Origin: Stegostoma tigrinum
Lineage: Eukaryota
Length of the DNA: 64,000 bases
Assembly (NCBI RefSeq): GCF_030684315.1
Contig: NC_081396.1
Location: 1,798,001-1,862,000, forward strand
Reading direction: 5' to 3'
In this document: positions 60,770 to 64,000 of the stretch, piece after piece
Position numbering within the stretch: the first letter of the stretch is position 1
How the letters are laid out: the number at the start of each line of letters is the position of its first letter
Position numbers and translations under genes: made by a program
Notes under the pieces: generated by a model
Told to the model about the DNA's origin: nothing
What the model saw: the letters and a program-made list of their open reading frames with translations, nothing else
Databases searched by the model: none

Positions 60770-62510
60770 GGCTGACTGATCTTTGCATTGCACAGACCAA
60801 ATATCGGCTCTCAGATGCCTTCTCCTACTTCCTCCCGGACGCAACACCACAATGCAGCAACAGGTCAGCGTCTCGAAACTCATTTCATCTGATGAACTTC
60901 CCACCACTGCTTCCAACATCATAACCTCCCAAATGAACACAGCTTGCTTGTACATCCTTAGGAAAGTCCACAAACAGACTGCCTGGGCAGACCCTTCGTT
61001 TCCACCTGCAATGCAGAACAGAACATATCTCTTCCTCACTGGATTCGCTTGTTCTTCGCTCCCCTTGTTCTATCTCTTCCCGCCTACATTTGCTATTGTC
61101 CCAACAGTTTATGTCAGTTTAAGAACTTCCAGTTAGCAGGGTCCAACAACCTTCTCCTTACCGCTGAACTGCAATCGCTGTATGTGTCAATTCCCCATTA
61201 TGACAGTCTCAAAGCTCTCTTTTATATGTTGCTTTGAAGAGGGTCTGAACCGTCAACAATAGCCATCACCCTTCCCTGTATGGAGGAGCTGGACTTCAAT
61301 TCTGAATAACCTCTAATTTAAACTTCTCCCACTTTATTCAGGTCAAAGATGTGGCCGTGAAACCAGGGGCACAGACCCTGATGTGGCTCAATTATGTATT
61401 TTTGATTGGGGGATACCAGAAATATGTCATGTTACAGTCTTATTCATCTGACACCCACAGCTCTTCTTCTGGTATATTGATGATGACATCACTGCTGCTT
61501 CCCTTTCTTGTCCAGAATAGGAAAAGATTATCAATTCCAGTTACAATTTCCACTCCAATCTCACATTCACCTGGTTGATATTTTATTTCTCCGTTCCCTT
61601 CACTGGAATCTCGATTCCCATTTCTAGGGATAGGCTGCCCATCAGCATTCACGATCATTGAATCCACACACAAAGTTGCCTTCACTGTGCATCCTCACAC
61701 TCTACTTCCAGGAGAAAATCTGCTCCATTCTCCAAGCCACTTTTGCATCTGTTCTGATAATGGCAACCTCAACAATAACACCTACAAACAATCCACCTTC
61801 TTCTCAAACCAAGTTTACCTCGCAAAGTCCTTCGTTGGGCATGCTGTTGACTCTGAGTAATCCCCTACACTTCAGCTCCAACCCCGCTGTCCACTCCCAC
61901 AAAAGCAAAAGCGTTACCCTTTGCCCTAACCATTCAACCATCATCCAAATTCAGGGAACCATTAGCAGTTACTTCCTCTATATCCAGAGCGATGGCATCA
62001 CCAGCGACATTTTGCTCTCTCCTCTTCTATCAAATTTCTCCAAGAACTGTTTCATCTGGAACACAAAGTTCCACTTCTCCTTCAATTGTTATTGCTCACT
62101 GCAGTCCCACTGCACCTTCCCATGCAACTGTTGAAGGCATAGCAGCTATCCGTTTATTTCATCATTTCTCAACATCCAAGGACCTAAACAGTTCTTCCAG
62201 GGTGAAGCAGAACTTTGCCTTTTTTTCACTCAAAATAGTCTACTGCATTCACTCTTCCCGAAATTGAGGAGATGAAGTGAAGACTGAGTGACCACTTCAT
62301 GGTATACCTAGATCCGCGGCAAAAAGACACTGAGAATGCCATTGTCTGCCATTTCATTATGCCACATTTTTCTCCAGCCAGCATCTCTTTCTGAGGCTTG
62401 TTGCAGTGCTCCACTGATGCTCTGTGCAGCCTGGGAGAACAGCAGCTCATTTGCTTTTGCGAACTCTACAGCTTTGTGCAATTCATAATGCCTTCGGCCA
62501 TTTTTTGGTT
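60770..62510 (+). mobile_element. Highly degenerate Penelope-like element
   Basis: Relics LYILRKVHK, AELQSLYVSIPH, NFSHFIQVKDVAV, YIDD (~61474) and IVYCIHS. Confidence 0.75.
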
Positions 62511-64000
62511 TCAGCTCGTTCCCAACACTTTCCCGCAATCTCACACATCTTGCCTTGCTACAATAATTAAAAGAATCATGTGGCACGGAAACAAACACTT
62601 CACTCAAAATACTTAAGGCAGCACATGATGCCAAAGCAAACAAATAGCATCTACCTGCTCGTTGCAAATAAATATCCTGGTTCATTTGCTTTTCTAAGCA
62701 TGTTTTAAACGTCACAATTGCACTCACACCTATGACTTCCATTGCGAGGCACTAACTGCTCTAATCAGCAGCTATTTATTGTCAATGCCTGACCATTAAC
62801 TACCCATTTCCCCTCTGACTGTTTCTATCGCTCTTTGGGGTTCGTATAAACCTTCAGTTTATTTCTATCTTCTGCGTCAAAAACAATTGTTTCCTCACTG
62901 CAATCAGTTCTGTAGAAGCATCACTGAAGATAAATCATTAATTCGGATTTTGTTTTTACTCACAGATACTTCACGATCTGCTGTGATTTTCGAGCAATTT
63001 CTGTTTTGGTTGCAGAAGAATATGCGATTTGGTCCCAATCAAATATAATGAATTCATCTATAATACAAATACAATATCTAATACAAAACAATCAGCAATT
63101 CCGACATAGCAACTCTATTTTTACAGTTCTCACTGTTACGGTGTCTCAGTCATGTTAACGGTTCTTACAAGCATATGAAATCGCCTTTCCCTGGCCTCAA
63201 ATCAAATTGAGTTTGCAGGGCTCAATGTCTCGAATCTTAAACAGTAGACCCCCAGGGAAGACACCTCTCAGGTTTTCATCCTTTCTTCATGACACGGCTT
63301 TTGACCTTGTTATCTCAAATTATTTTCACTGGAGATAGTTTTCTCCTCTCGAATGATCTAGTTGTCGTGTTTTTACACAACGGACAAGGCCATCAGCACA
63401 TCTTCTAAGTGCCAGTCATCAACTTCTATCTATTCTAACGTCTATGTATTCGAATGTCTATCTATTCGAACGTCAGTTTCCAGCATTTGGCCCATTCCTT
63501 GCGTGCTCTGACTTATAAAGTGTTCGTCTAAGTAGTTATTCCATGCCTTGAGGGCTTCAAAGGAAACGTAAAAGCTCCTTCAACCAACGGCATGAACTAC
63601 CGGAGCTCACTGTGGTATAAAATCCACACTTTCCCCTTTGGAGACAGTTCTGAAATCCTAAAGCGTTTCACGGAGCTGTGTCTCACTTTTAGTGCAAGTC
63701 TATCTTCTAGAATGTCCCTGCGAAAGTCTTGGGGAATTCCGTTTCGAATTCTACTCATTACAGAAATGCCATGGTCTTTTCAGGAGAGAAATAGCAAGAA
63801 ACAAAATAGAATAGTGACTTTACTGTCACGAGAACGCGAATGAATGTAGTGAAGATCTAGTAATGTCACCACTGTGGTACCATCTTAAGTAGAGGATACC
63901 CAGAAACAGACACGTGTGTTTAAGAATTGAAAGTGTAGACAAAAATCGAGCATAGGAATGCAAAGTTTCACATAGTACTCGAAATACTCAAAGCCCTGAC

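Overview
Vertebrate, almost certainly elasmobranch (shark), genomic DNA, judged from HE1/V-SINE-type SINEs, CR1 LINEs and MEK(P/L)WKCGDCGKGF-type zinc-finger genes. It is repeat-dominated and has a 140-N gap at 46698-46837. The left part (1-34 kb) is a cluster of KRAB-less C2H2 zinc-finger genes. Two are intact, convergent 11-finger genes (12187-13113 +, 24236-23241 -) with homologous CpG-rich promoter/first-exon modules at ~10.3-10.7 kb (+) and ~33.0-33.4 kb (-); there are also three decayed arrays. The middle holds an intact two-exon GPR139-like class A GPCR (41801-45851; exon 1 is missed by the ORF track). Right of the gap are T-cell receptor alpha/delta-type V segments: one open with an exact 23-bp-spacer RSS, one pseudogene and one possible relic. 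Interspersed are CR1 LINEs (one near full length), Penelope-like elements (RT + GIY-YIG), HE1-type SINEs, LTR relics, tRNA pseudogenes, an interstitial telomeric run and a (GC)n(CA)n tract. The most interesting signals are: (i) many short Penelope-derived insertions from at least three families carrying minimal hammerhead-ribozyme cores, three of them with 13-bp TSDs, including a ~410-bp fold-back element with a hammerhead in each arm; (ii) a conserved TGGAGGA(C/A)C-N13/14-GGTCCTCCA dyad + E-box + YY1 promoter module in both intact ZNF genes; (iii) a V segment whose leader can be read without an intron. All calls are by eye; none was confirmed by a search.
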